Shown: positions 53,217 to 64,000 of the stretch, one piece after another
How the letters are laid out: each line of letters begins with the position of its first letter
Position numbering within the stretch: the stretch's first letter is position 1
Source of the DNA: Chlorokybus atmophyticus
Lineage: Eukaryota > Plantae > Mesostigma and Chlorokybus algae
Assembly (NCBI GenBank): GCA_009103225.1
Contig: RHPI01002262.1
Coordinates: 186,001 to 250,000 of the forward strand
DNA: 64,000 nucleotides
Direction: 5' to 3'
Program-made: the position numbers and the translations under genes
The notes under the pieces: model-generated
Databases searched by the model: none
Seen by the model: the letters and a program-made list of their open reading frames with translations, nothing else
Told to the model about the DNA's origin: nothing

Positions 53217-54312
53217 GAACAAGTATGGTGTACCCGGTGTTGTCTACTTGTAAGATAGGCTGCTCTACTTTGTAGTATTGAGCACGGTAGGTAAGTGTAG
53301 TGCGGATGCCATCTGCATTATAGGTGCAGTGTCCTTGCTACTGCATGGGCGTGCAGTGCTGTTGTATGCGCCATGGACGATACACTACTGCATGCAGTTG
53401 GGCCTTTGGACAATTTGTGCATGGACAAACTATGTGTTTGGGTATTGTGGTGGTGTTATGTTTGCAGTCACGAAGCTTGCAGTTATGTGCAGCTAGCAGC
53501 AGTATGAGTACCTTATTTACCCGTATAGAAATTCTTTGTGCACCAGAGTCCCCGGCAAAAACGGGTTGAGTTTAGGTAAATACCTACAAACTACCACAAT
53601 TGTCACGTGGGGCCATCTGCCCAACAGTCACACTCAATAGGAGCATGTCACGCTGATGATAGTGTCACTACGTTGAGCACAAGCCCCAAGGGAGGGAGCA
53701 CCAAGCTGTTGGTCTTGCGCCCCTTAGCGTCTGACCTCAGCCCCCTAGCTGTAATAATAACAGCGCCACCAAGGGTGGGGCACGTGCCTACTGCAGAACT
53801 AACGACGACTTTGCACATTGAAGTGATGCACGACAGCCACAGCGACATAGTTAGCCCGGTGGTCGTGCATATGGCATTCAGGTGCGTGGGATGTGTTGCA
53901 TAAATTGCATGGCATTGAAATGCATGCTTATAACAGCCTCATGCTTACCCTGTATAATAGCCCCATGACATCCACATCCATTACTTAGATTAAGTGCAAG
54001 TGTTGCAGCTGCTGGCAACATATGCAAGATGTTGGAAAGAGATATGTCGGTCATGTACAATGTACCAAGGGACATTATTCGTACCCTTGTCTTGCAAAAC
54101 CTGTTTGCTGTCATTTGCTTGAGATCGCGTGGGGTTATGGACCTGCCGGCCCAGAGACTACCATAGTAAGCTGCAGCCCAGCCTGTGGCTTCTCAACCAA
54201 AAACTGAATTCCTACAGCATGAGTTACACAAAACGATATTTTGCAAACAAAAGATATCGCAAGCAAGCGTGGTGTAAACAGTCAGCTACGTGGCATATAC
54301 AACAGCATGAGC

Positions 54313-57300
54313 CTACTCATAGGCAAACACTTCAAGAGGCGTGGCGTCAACATATTCATAGAACTCGGTAATCTGACTGCCGTTAAACTTGGCAACGCTG
54401 CCGCGCACAAGTGGTGTCAGGACATTCCGCACACATGCAACGCAAGACCAAGAAGTAGTTGCGGTGTGCGCATCTGTGCAGTCGTTGTCAACGTACCTCA
54501 CAATGGGCAGCACCAGCTGTTGGCCATCAGTTCTGGTGTACGTTGCCTGCAGCTCCCCAATGACAGTGCCGTCAAACTCCCAGACTTGCAGCAAATTGGT
54601 GCGTACACTTGACACACCCTTCACAAGCCTTGAGGCATTGCCGGCAATCAGAGCATTGAGGCCAACGCCAGGAGCAGCATTACCCGACCGCGACTTGACA
54701 TTATCAGAAAACGCCGAAGACATTTGGAATAGATTCCCAGAATCCAACACATTGAGGGCCTCTTGGAACACGTTCACCTGATTGCACACGTGCGTTCATG
54801 TATATGAGTTGCTTGCCTGCCACGCATGCATGAGCTGTGGTTGGTTTATGGTCTTGATGCTGCAACCATGCAAGTCACCTTACCTGGTTGGCTGCGCGCT
54901 GTCCTCTGCCTGAAGACGGTGTTCGGTGCGTGAGATCCCTCCTGAACAGGTCGAGTCCTGGGATGATGTCGGCATACACCTTGTAAGATTTGAACTTGTC
55001 CCCGGCTGTGCGGAAGATGTCCACTGAAGGGATAACGGCAGTGGATCCATCAGGGCGAGAGTACACGCCATCAATGATGGTGATAATGGTGTCACCCTGT
55101 CACATAAGGCCAGTCACTAACTGCACAGTACACCTCTGCAGCCTTTATGATATCTGCAAACCAATGAGGACATTGACCAAGTAAATACCTGAGTGAACAC
55201 TTCGACAAAGTCATGCCACAGGCGAGAGTTGCCTACAAGCGTGTAGAAGTCGAGTCCAAACCGTCGGATGCTGTCTTTGCCGGTAACAGTCATGTTGTTT
55301 CCAAACGTCAAGTCGGCATCCTCTGTGAAGAAGTTGGCAAAGTCATCGGCTGAAGTGGCTGCGTTGAGCATGCGCTCCACGTTGCTCGGCACAGCCACGT
55401 TGCTGGTCCTTGTTGGAGTCGCTGTGGCTGAAGCTTGACCACTAGTACATGACACAAACACACTTCATATGGTGAAGATGCACCCTACGTTGGTACTCAC
55501 ACTCATCACCACGCAATCTCACCTCGTGCCGTATGTAGTTGTGCCGTTGCCGCCGCTTGGGGCAGTTGTGGTTGTGGTTGTACCGTTGGTGCTGGCGTTG
55601 TCTCCGAAGTAGTTGTCAAAGAACGGCTTGTAGACATCTCTCAGGAAGTACAAGTGCTCGTACTTCTTGTAGCACGCGCCCTTGTCTCCGCAGCGCAACC
55701 ACACAACATCGCCAAAAGCGGTCATCTCTGCAGAAGCATGAGTATGGTTGCTGTATGGTTGCTGGTTGTACTTTAGGAAGCACCTGTGCGGCTTACGAAA
55801 AAGCTTACCATGTGTGCACACGTCAAAACAGACCCAATCAAATGACACGTCCTCTTCTGAGAAGGTGACTCGTGGCCACGTCATGCGCACCCTTGCGTTG
55901 CTCAGCATTGCCCACCAGGAGGACTCGTATGCATTGCCCTGATAAACACATCTGTCACTACAGCATCCACATCCTCCTCACACACGGTCCGCATCATATC
56001 ATGCGTTCAGACATGCAGGCACTCTATGAAAAGCACATGCATACTGCACAACCACTGGAGCTACACTGCATTGACCATTGACGATTCAGTGCAATATAGC
56101 CCATAACTTTTGTCCAGACCAGTGAATCAAAGGCACTCAGCACAGTGATTGTGCACGACTGTCAATCCCTACCTGTGTTCTCCCTTCCCATGCACCGCTC
56201 AAACCAGTTGGCACAGCATCAATGCCATGCTGCGAGTCATACAATGAGTCCTTGGTAAAGTATAGCAGCTCGTCCCTGTACTCGTTGAACAGCACCTGCA
56301 ATGTTGTGTCCCCTTCAGATTTTGAAGCAATAAGAGAGTGCTGAGAGCACAAACGAACAGCAGTAGCTCACCGTAAGACCACTGTACTCCTCACGTACAC
56401 CATCGATGGTGAACACTTTGTTGGCTTTGTCCCCATCGCGAAGCGCCTGTCAACAGATGTGCATGTGCGCTTGTATGGTGGTAGGCACACGTGGTGAACA
56501 CACACACAACACTTGTACCTGACAATGTGTCAACCACCAGCGCTTGTTCTCAATCTCAACCAAGTCTTTGGTGCCATACCTAAAAGTGGTGACAACAATG
56601 CCATCATAGTGTCCCGCGCCTTTCAAGCAAGCCATAGACATGCACCCTTGCTTCCAGCATAATGCACGCATGAACACACACACATGGACGTACATTTGCC
56701 GAATTTCAAACAGCGTGCGATCGCGCAGCGTCTTCCTGTAGATGCGAATGCCCTCAACGCGCAACGCGTCCTCAATGACCAGCGGGGGCGCACGGCTAGA
56801 AGCCAGTGTACTGAAGTCCACGTAAAAATCCCGGGAAGAAAGTGCAGGTGGGATGATTACATTGGTGTTTGCAAAGATCTGTCAGTGCAAAGCGGTGCGC
56901 AATCAACACGTGTTGGGCAAGAAACATCAGCAATGCAAAGTCAAACCGACCTTCCTCGCATCAACATGCACATGCATGCTGGCCTCCGCATGTCGCCATG
57001 CTCAAGACCTGTTGAAAACACGACATGGATGTCGTGCAAGTTACCTGGCCGAGGTTCATCTTCAATGCTGAATAGTAGTTTTGGGGGAACCGCTCCTGCC
57101 TTTGGAGGTATTCAAGGGCTTCATTCACCTCGTTTTCAGAATATGTACTAGGTCCAACAGCTGGAGAAGGCATGCACAGCGCAACTAGGTTGAGACAAGT
57201 GCTATATACACATCCTTGCATACTTGTATGATGCCGTTGTGCGAGCATACCAGCTGCAACCGGTGTCTGTTGGATGTAGCTGAGAGCCTTGGCAACATCA

Positions 57301-58106
57301 CTGTCCTTGTCCGTGTCATCGCAGCGCCAATCCACAGCATGCGAGGAAGAGGTGGCTGCTGAAGCGATGGCGCCTGCACCTCCAGCTTTCAAGATAGACA
57401 GCGCCTTTTGCAAATCCTACACAAGAGCAATGCAGCAACACGCACATTACCACATGGATGAAACCTAGCAGCACATGGCAAGCATCAACATTGCAATTAC
57501 GCATACCACATGCTTATGACATGAGCAGCACAATGCGCAGTGCTTGCTTGCATCTTGTTGTGCTGTATACGAACTCACTAGAAGCAACAATGACGTGTTG
57601 ACTGTTAGACAGGCAAGCAAGAATGCTTGCTTGCATTGAGCATGGCAGAAGCAGCGATGGGAAGCTGAATGCAGACGTACAAGCGTTGGTTGCATGCTGT
57701 TAGCATCGCAGATCCTGGGCAAAATGTGTGACAGCTATGCAATGCTCCACCCGCTTACATCTTGTGTAGAGGAAGGGCCAGGGGCAGCGGTGTCCTGGGT
57801 GAGGTACTGAAGTGCCTTGGCGACGTCGGCGTCGACAGCGGAGGTGGAAGGAGCAGAGGCATGGGAAGATGGAGAGGCTGTGCTTATGCCCCCGTTGCTG
57901 CGGCTCTGATCAAGCAGGCTAAGGGCCCTGGCGACGTCGGCGCTGAGGTCGTTGAGGGCGGCAAGCACGACACCACCACGGCCACGCCTGGCAGGCGCAG
58001 GTACACGCCGGTAAAGTGAAGTCCCATAAAAGCTCGTCCTCTTTGATGACGACGACACGGAGGAGGACGACACCCCCACCGCCGCCGCACACTGCACAGG
58101 CTGCAT
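54313..58106 (-). CDS. Plastid-targeted multidomain protein: helical repeats, uncharacterised central domain, two SnoaL/NTF2-like domains; ~12 exons
   Basis: Transit peptide MQPVQCAAAVGVSSSS..RRGRGGVVLAA. SnoaL-like FANFFTEDADLTFGNN..VTGKDSIRRF...GDTII...YSRPDG...IPSVDIFR..GDK...YADI, and a second AFSDNV..GNAAPG...VWEFDGTVIGE..TYTRTDG..LVLP...ITEFYEYVDATPL. One junction near 56620-56695 is unresolved. Confidence 0.8.
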
Positions 58107-58514
58107 TGCTGCTAGCTCAGCTTAGGGGCTTCCAACAGAGCATCCACCGTCTTGGCTTGAGAACACGAGCTAATGCCCAATTCAGCTACTGCTGGGCGAT
58201 GCTGATGCCTGTGCGTGTCGTCCTTGGCCACCGCCGCCGCCTCCGTCTAGCCCGCCTTGCGCATGTCGCTGAGCTGCTGCACAGGTCTCATGAATCCGAG
58301 ACAGAAGCGCTGCAGTAGTCCTAATTCGGGCCCTGGTTTTGCTGTGGAAGACGGCTAAAACGAGTGCCTTCATGAAAAGGGCCGGTCCATACTTACAGAG
58401 GTGGTTACGCAGCAAGGCTACGTGACCATCGCAGGAAGGAATCTACAATACAAGAAAGCGGAAGTTGCTAATATTAGTTATATTATTGCATTTTACCATG
58501 CTCGTCATCCATTG

Positions 58515-58587
58515 GCCGCCCTAGCTCAGTCGGTAGAGCGCACGGCTCTTAACCGTGTGGTCGTGGGTTCGAGCCCCACGGGCGGCG
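58515..58587 (+). tRNA. trnK-CUU: tRNA-Lys (CTT), intronless
   Basis: Acceptor stem GCCGCCC/GGGCGGC, D-arm TAGCTCAGTCGGTAGAGC, anticodon arm CACGG-CTCTTAA-CCGTG, T-arm GGTTCGAGCC, 73 nt, T-run terminator about 33 bp downstream. Confidence 0.98.
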
Positions 58588-60987
58588 CATTCGTGCGCCC
58601 CCTTCTAGGCCGACAGATCTTTTTATGCTTTCACCTGCTCGCTTTGTTGTTGTCAACAGGTATCAAAGCCATTGAAGCCACCCTCTCGCTGGCACCGCTG
58701 CTCGGAATTGACCATGCGCGAAGGCAATGTGCCACGGGGTTGCGCAGACAGGAACACAAGCCCAAACAGCGAAGATCAAGCAATCTCTCACACTCCAAGA
58801 CTTCAGCAAATGCTCGTTGCTTAGACTAACGCACAGTTTATTAGCTAGGCATGCGACATCGTTGATTCACTTGTATCACATATCAAATTAAATGCTCTCA
58901 CAATTTTTAGATGTGCATTGAGCAGGCATCAATAACACCGACATACAATTGTCAAGGTCTACATGACATGAAATTGCAAATGCAAGGGCATGCGTGTGTG
59001 TAGAGTATATGCAATGCTGTGATTGTGACAAACACATGCACAAGCAATTACGGCATGCAACTTGTTGTATAACCATTGGGTTATATATAAGATATATAGC
59101 TACCATTACTGTTGCCCATACCCCATTAGTCAACATAACTTGCATAAAAGCTGCTTGAAAAGAAAGCTCAAGCCGTAAGCGGGTCAGATGCAGGCGCACA
59201 CACACGTAGTATGAATCACAATGGTGGATGAGGCGTTACAGTTTTAAGAATTACACGCACATAGCCTCACCACGCATTGCCCATGACAGGCGCGCTCAGC
59301 TAACATGTGACCCACCTAGTGCGTTCACTTTCCCTCATGGCTGCAAGCTATGCAACAACAAAGACAATAGCAATTAGCTAGAAATGGAGGCAAGGCATAG
59401 CTTTTGATTAATTAAACAACCAAGCTTAGGCTAAGATTCGACTTAGACTAAGCTCGACCCTCAACTTGAAGCAGCATGCAGGGGCAAGTGGGCAGGGTAA
59501 TAAACTCACAACCTGCAGGAGGCTAGCAGAGGGAGAGGTTCCTCGAGCAGACATTTTAATTACGCAGTGCGTAGATACATATACACAAGGCGCGCCACAA
59601 TCGGCTAGCGTTCACGCTCAAGTCGTGGCAGCATCAAACAGCAGATTGACTCCCCCTCCTCTCCCTCCATCCCTCTCCGCCACCTTCTTGTGTACAAGAA
59701 TTGACGTATGGTATATGCATCCTCATTACTCGTAAGCTTAAATGCTAGGTAATGTTCAGCGTGTGCATGAGAGTGCTTATGTGACCAAGCAAGCATGCTT
59801 CTAGCAACATGCACACCACACACCAGGCCGGCATGTTTTTTTTTCTATGTAGCTACTACACCACCTAAACTACTGCCTCCCCGTTGGACATGCATGCATG
59901 CATGCATGCATGTGCCAATGCTGATGGCTGCCTACCCACAAGACTTGATGTTGCTTCTCGTCGACAATCATGGCAACAGCAATAGCAGGCAGATGATATG
60001 CCAGAATGATCACATGCATGATGTGATTATAACGCCACTTACATTTGCAATCAGGATCCTGCGCAAGTTACATTGCGCTGATATTATATGATGCTGATGT
60101 GCACAAGTGTATGTGTTACATGTAACACATGTACTTGCAACGCATTATTGCTGCGGATATAACATTCGCCTCCGCTAATGTATTATGGTAGTTGCAAGAA
60201 AGATTGTAGCAAACACAATGCGCAACAAAGACCGCAATATATGAAAGCATTAAACAGGTGCAACGCACAGAACTTGCAGGCGGCATGTGCAACTCGTAAA
60301 GGAACGAAATATGCGCGTTGATATATAGCATTTGACACATCCGTATGTGATGGTCGAGCCAATGCCCGTTACATCCATCGTTTCGATCTGTTTACCGCTG
60401 CAAACTACAGTACATGTAGAGTCATGTGTTTATGTGATGTTAACAACCATAGTAGTTTTATATCATTATGCAGTATGTCAAACGTCTACATTGGTGGGTC
60501 ACGAAGATTTGCGCGCACTTACATGCACTTACATCAATGTATGTTATTACATGCCATTGCACTCTTATACGTAAAGTTTATTATCATTACATGTACTACA
60601 GAGGTATATATTTATTCTTCACAATAACGCTGGAACATTTTAACATGCCATTTGTTGCTTCCATAATCGTGTACACCGACAATCTTGCTTATTCGACGTC
60701 AAGGCAAGCAGCAATAGCGAGCATGGCTAAGTTGCCCCTGGTTGCGCACACAACCATGCGAGTTACTTTGGAACGTCGTCGGCCAACAAACCTCAATCAC
60801 TTGGACGATAACACTCTATGCACTCATGCTGAGTCTTCACATGGAACACCCATTGCATGACTTGAGAAAATTCTTACGCAATGTACAGCATAATACCATT
60901 TTGCAATTGACATCACCCGCTATATTGCATATCTTGCCTGATGTGGCGGCAATACAACTACACATGACCGTGTGGACCCCACCCCCC

Positions 60988-61105
60988 NNNNNNNNNNNNN
61001 NNNNNNNNNNNNNNNNNNNNNNNNNNNNNNNNNNNNNNNNNNNNNNNNNNNNNNNNNNNNNNNNNNNNNNNNNNNNNNNNNNNNNNNNNNNNNNNNNNNN
61101 NNNNN
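60988..61105. other. Assembly gap preceded by a C-run
   Basis: N run. Confidence 1.
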
Positions 61106-61413
61106 CCGCACTTAAAAAAAAGAGAATATGGCACCGCAGGACGCGCAGACAAACAGCAGATGCTGCATACCCGGGTAGGGATTGCTGCTTGATCTGAATA
61201 TAGTGGCTGCGATTTCTTATATGCCATGAATCCATTATTGAGGACAACTACAGCTGACAGCTGAGTTTCACGTGTTGATGGCACGCAGAACTGCTTATGT
61301 GTGCGCCTCCCAGCAACACGAAACATGTGGCACTATAAGCCCGGCAGCTCTGCAGGTACGCAATGGCCTTACCTACAGTTCTTGTAAAGTGCTAACTATT
61401 GGCACCCATGGTG

Positions 61414-63010
61414 TTACGGCGGGGTTGGTATCCCTGTTCCAGTAGGCCTCCCGGTTGCTACCCATGTAAAGTATGACACCAGAATTCCTACCAAGGCACC
61501 GCCTGCCACCTGTTTGTTACCGAACCCTGAGAGTTGCAATACAGATGATGCGCGCACATTTGCATATCAATGTGCGTGCACATGCCTACACTGTACCATA
61601 TGTACATGCATGAGCAACCATAGACAGTGCGCAGATTATGACTGTCCGTACCCATAGCTGGATTGCAGTTGAACCAACATTGAGACACATAGGCAAGCAA
61701 TTGCGGCATACCTCTGCTCCTGTGTGCCCAAGGTGTTCTCGCAGCGGTCTCGTATCGCTCACAGGATGCTCAGCAGGCAGCTCATAGATGATTTGATTTA
61801 GCACCTGCAACACAGTTACTAAGCAACGAGGACATTGTTTGACACCACCTGGTGTGAACAATCTTTGTTCCGGTCCATAGCACAGTGGAAGCTCGAATAA
61901 GCTGAATTGCAATAGGAAGTGAACAACAACATTGTGCACGGACCTCAGCTTGTCGCCCAGCAGCTAGCCGAACCCCGGCAGCATCGTACATGACAACGGC
62001 GGCAATGACGCAGCATAGCGCAAACAACTCATCGTCCATACCATTGCGCCAGCCAACAGCACCTGTACAATACATGCCAGGTCAGCATTTTGCATGACCT
62101 GCCAATTGCTGAAAATCAAATAGATCAACCAACAAACTAACACAACCACACTCGAGCAGTGTCCTACGCCAGGCATGCTACAAGAGTAATGACAGAAAAA
62201 AAGGGGTTACATCAGTGTAGAGAAAATCCGAACCGAGTGCATACCAGTTATTCCTACAACTAGCGCGGAATGCGACGACGGCATTCCCCCCGAGTCAATT
62301 GTGCGGCGCAAATCCCACCTGCGCTCTTTCAACCTGTGTATGCACAGCAGCAGGGTTAGCGCAGCTCTTGACCCAGAGAACAGATATGTAAAGCGATGGT
62401 GACCAAATGCATGCATGACAGCAATGCTACTGAACACAGCAGAATGTGACTTCATGTCCATTGCGCATGCAATCTCATAGCTTAGCATAGATTGTATGCT
62501 TGTAAAACAATGGTAAGAGTGCAGATATGTGGCTGCACAGCAAAGTCACTGGCTACTGTGGAAATTGGTATCTTTGTGCAGAATAATGTGCCACGTGGTT
62601 TGGTGAATCTCTAACAATCATCCTAAGACTATCTGGTTCTGCACAAAAACCCGCATTGCAAAGATGCATTGACCTATCATCGATCTATCATTAAGTCATA
62701 TCACGCCCCGAAGTCTGTCGTGGTACATTGGGAGCAACATGTGCATCTACTGTAAACAAATAGGTACAACACTGATGACGGCGGAAGTAACGTTCAGCAT
62801 CTGATACAATTTGTCGTCTTACCATGTGAAGAACACTTTGAGGAATTGGGCGAGCGCAAAGGATAGAAAGGCGGCGAGCAGGGGCCCGTTATGGATGAAC
62901 GCCGCAAGAGAGCGATGGCCTCCGGACCAGGTCTCAGCGGTCACGGCGGTGCCGGCAGCGGCTGTCCCCGCCGCCGCCGCCACCGCCGCAGCGGCAGCGT
63001 GCACGCCCAT
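61414..63010 (-). CDS. DUF212 acid phosphatase/vanadium-dependent haloperoxidase-related membrane protein (YuiD-like), 5 exons
   Basis: NGPLLAAFLSFALAQFLKVF, RRWDLRRTIDSGGMPSSHSALV, FALCCVIAAVVMYDAAGVRLAAGRQAEVLNQI, RPLREHLGHT..VAGGALVG. The start codon is tentative. Confidence 0.93.
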
Positions 63011-64000
63011 AGCCAAAGCAAGGAGCCCAGTCAGGCCGATCAACCACCGAGCGTTCAGCCCAATGGCGCTCGCAAGATGCCCAGGGCAAATCGCCTGCTC
63101 TACCTATTCCTCTCGTCGTGCTTGTACCGTACCTCAACGCCGGCTACCTCGACCGTCACCTCGGCCGCCGCCACCACCACCACCGCCGCGCTGGCAGAGC
63201 TATTTTTGCCGTCGCAGTTGTGCGTTAAGCCGCTTAATGCCTGCCCGAAAACGAAAAGCGAGTCGAGCGATGCCCGGCCGCGGCTGACATTACTTCTGAC
63301 GCAGTGCGCATACCTGCACTGAAACACAGCTGAATGCAACGCTGCGTGCGCTGCCAGCTGGCGAGGTCGGGGCGGCGGAGGCGGCAGCGGCGGTGGCGAA
63401 GCAAAGAGCTATGAGAAAGTAGGTAACTAAATCTGGTTGCTTGTCGTGTCTTGCACGGCTGATGGTGCGTTGACAAGAAGGCAAATGTACACACGGGCTA
63501 GTAGGTCCGCACTGCCAGATGAGTTTTGCTGCTGCACCAGACAGGTTAACGTGACTCAGCAAGTGCATGCCAGTGCATGCCAGCATCAGGTGGTAGGCTA
63601 ACAGAAGCATGAGCTATCATATATGGAACACATCACGGATGATGCGATTTACAAAAGCCCCTCAGGATTCGTAGCGTGATCGTTGGGTGTATTTTCCTTG
63701 GCGAGTCTGTGCTGAGCTGCGTTGCATAAGGTATAAGTTGTAGGGCGAAGAAGCAATTTAAATGCACAACAAGCAGCACCACAATTAGCAAACTCGTAAA
63801 GGCATGCAAGAGCAACACTTCAATTATCACAGGGATTCACAACTATGTGCACTACATGCCTTATGCGTTCTAGGCGGGGCGTGGTAGCGGGATACAGCAA
63901 GCGAGAAGCAATCAACCAACCAATCTGAGCACATGCATAGGCGCAAAGTAAGAACCTTGGAGAGCAGCGCATGAGTTTCAACAATAGTGTGAGGGTGCAG

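Noticed and set aside
54313-55461. Tandem NTF2 domains in a plastid protein as an iota-type carbonic anhydrase
   Set aside because: The C-terminal HHSS signature of that family is absent from both domains.
63655-63730. SVIVGCIFLGESV resembling an EamA transporter helix
   Set aside because: Isolated 13-aa match bounded by stops.

Overview
Intron-rich eukaryotic nuclear DNA from a green-plant-lineage organism. Plastid transit peptides, an RPH1 homologue, a retrograde-IFT dynein-2 subunit and a mitochondrial HslU together suggest a flagellated, early-diverging streptophyte alga such as Chlorokybus (inference). I can support 13 spliced protein genes: two desiccation-related PCC13-62/ferritin-like genes, RPH1, DUF4598/NOPCHAP1-like, HslU, KAE1, DYNC2LI1, an SMP-domain protein, a PTC7-type PP2C, an Ala/Pro-rich disordered protein, adenylosuccinate lyase, a Cys-less LOV/PAS protein and a multi-SnoaL protein. 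A DUF212 gene makes 14. There is also one tRNA-Lys(CTT), a ~3.5 kb inverted segmental duplication, microsatellites, weak transposon relics and two assembly gaps. I saw no CRISPR array or rRNA. The most unusual items are: (1) a plastid-targeted tandem SnoaL/NTF2 protein with five sticker-like helical repeats; (2) a PP2C gene facing a catalytic-less Ala/Pro-polymer gene that shares its N-terminal motif and intron position; (3) the inverted DRP duplication with a conserved fused DRE/ABRE element; (4) a LOV-like domain lacking the photoactive cysteine; (5) a C2-less SMP protein. Exon boundaries were placed by eye and family assignments come from remembered motifs, not searches.
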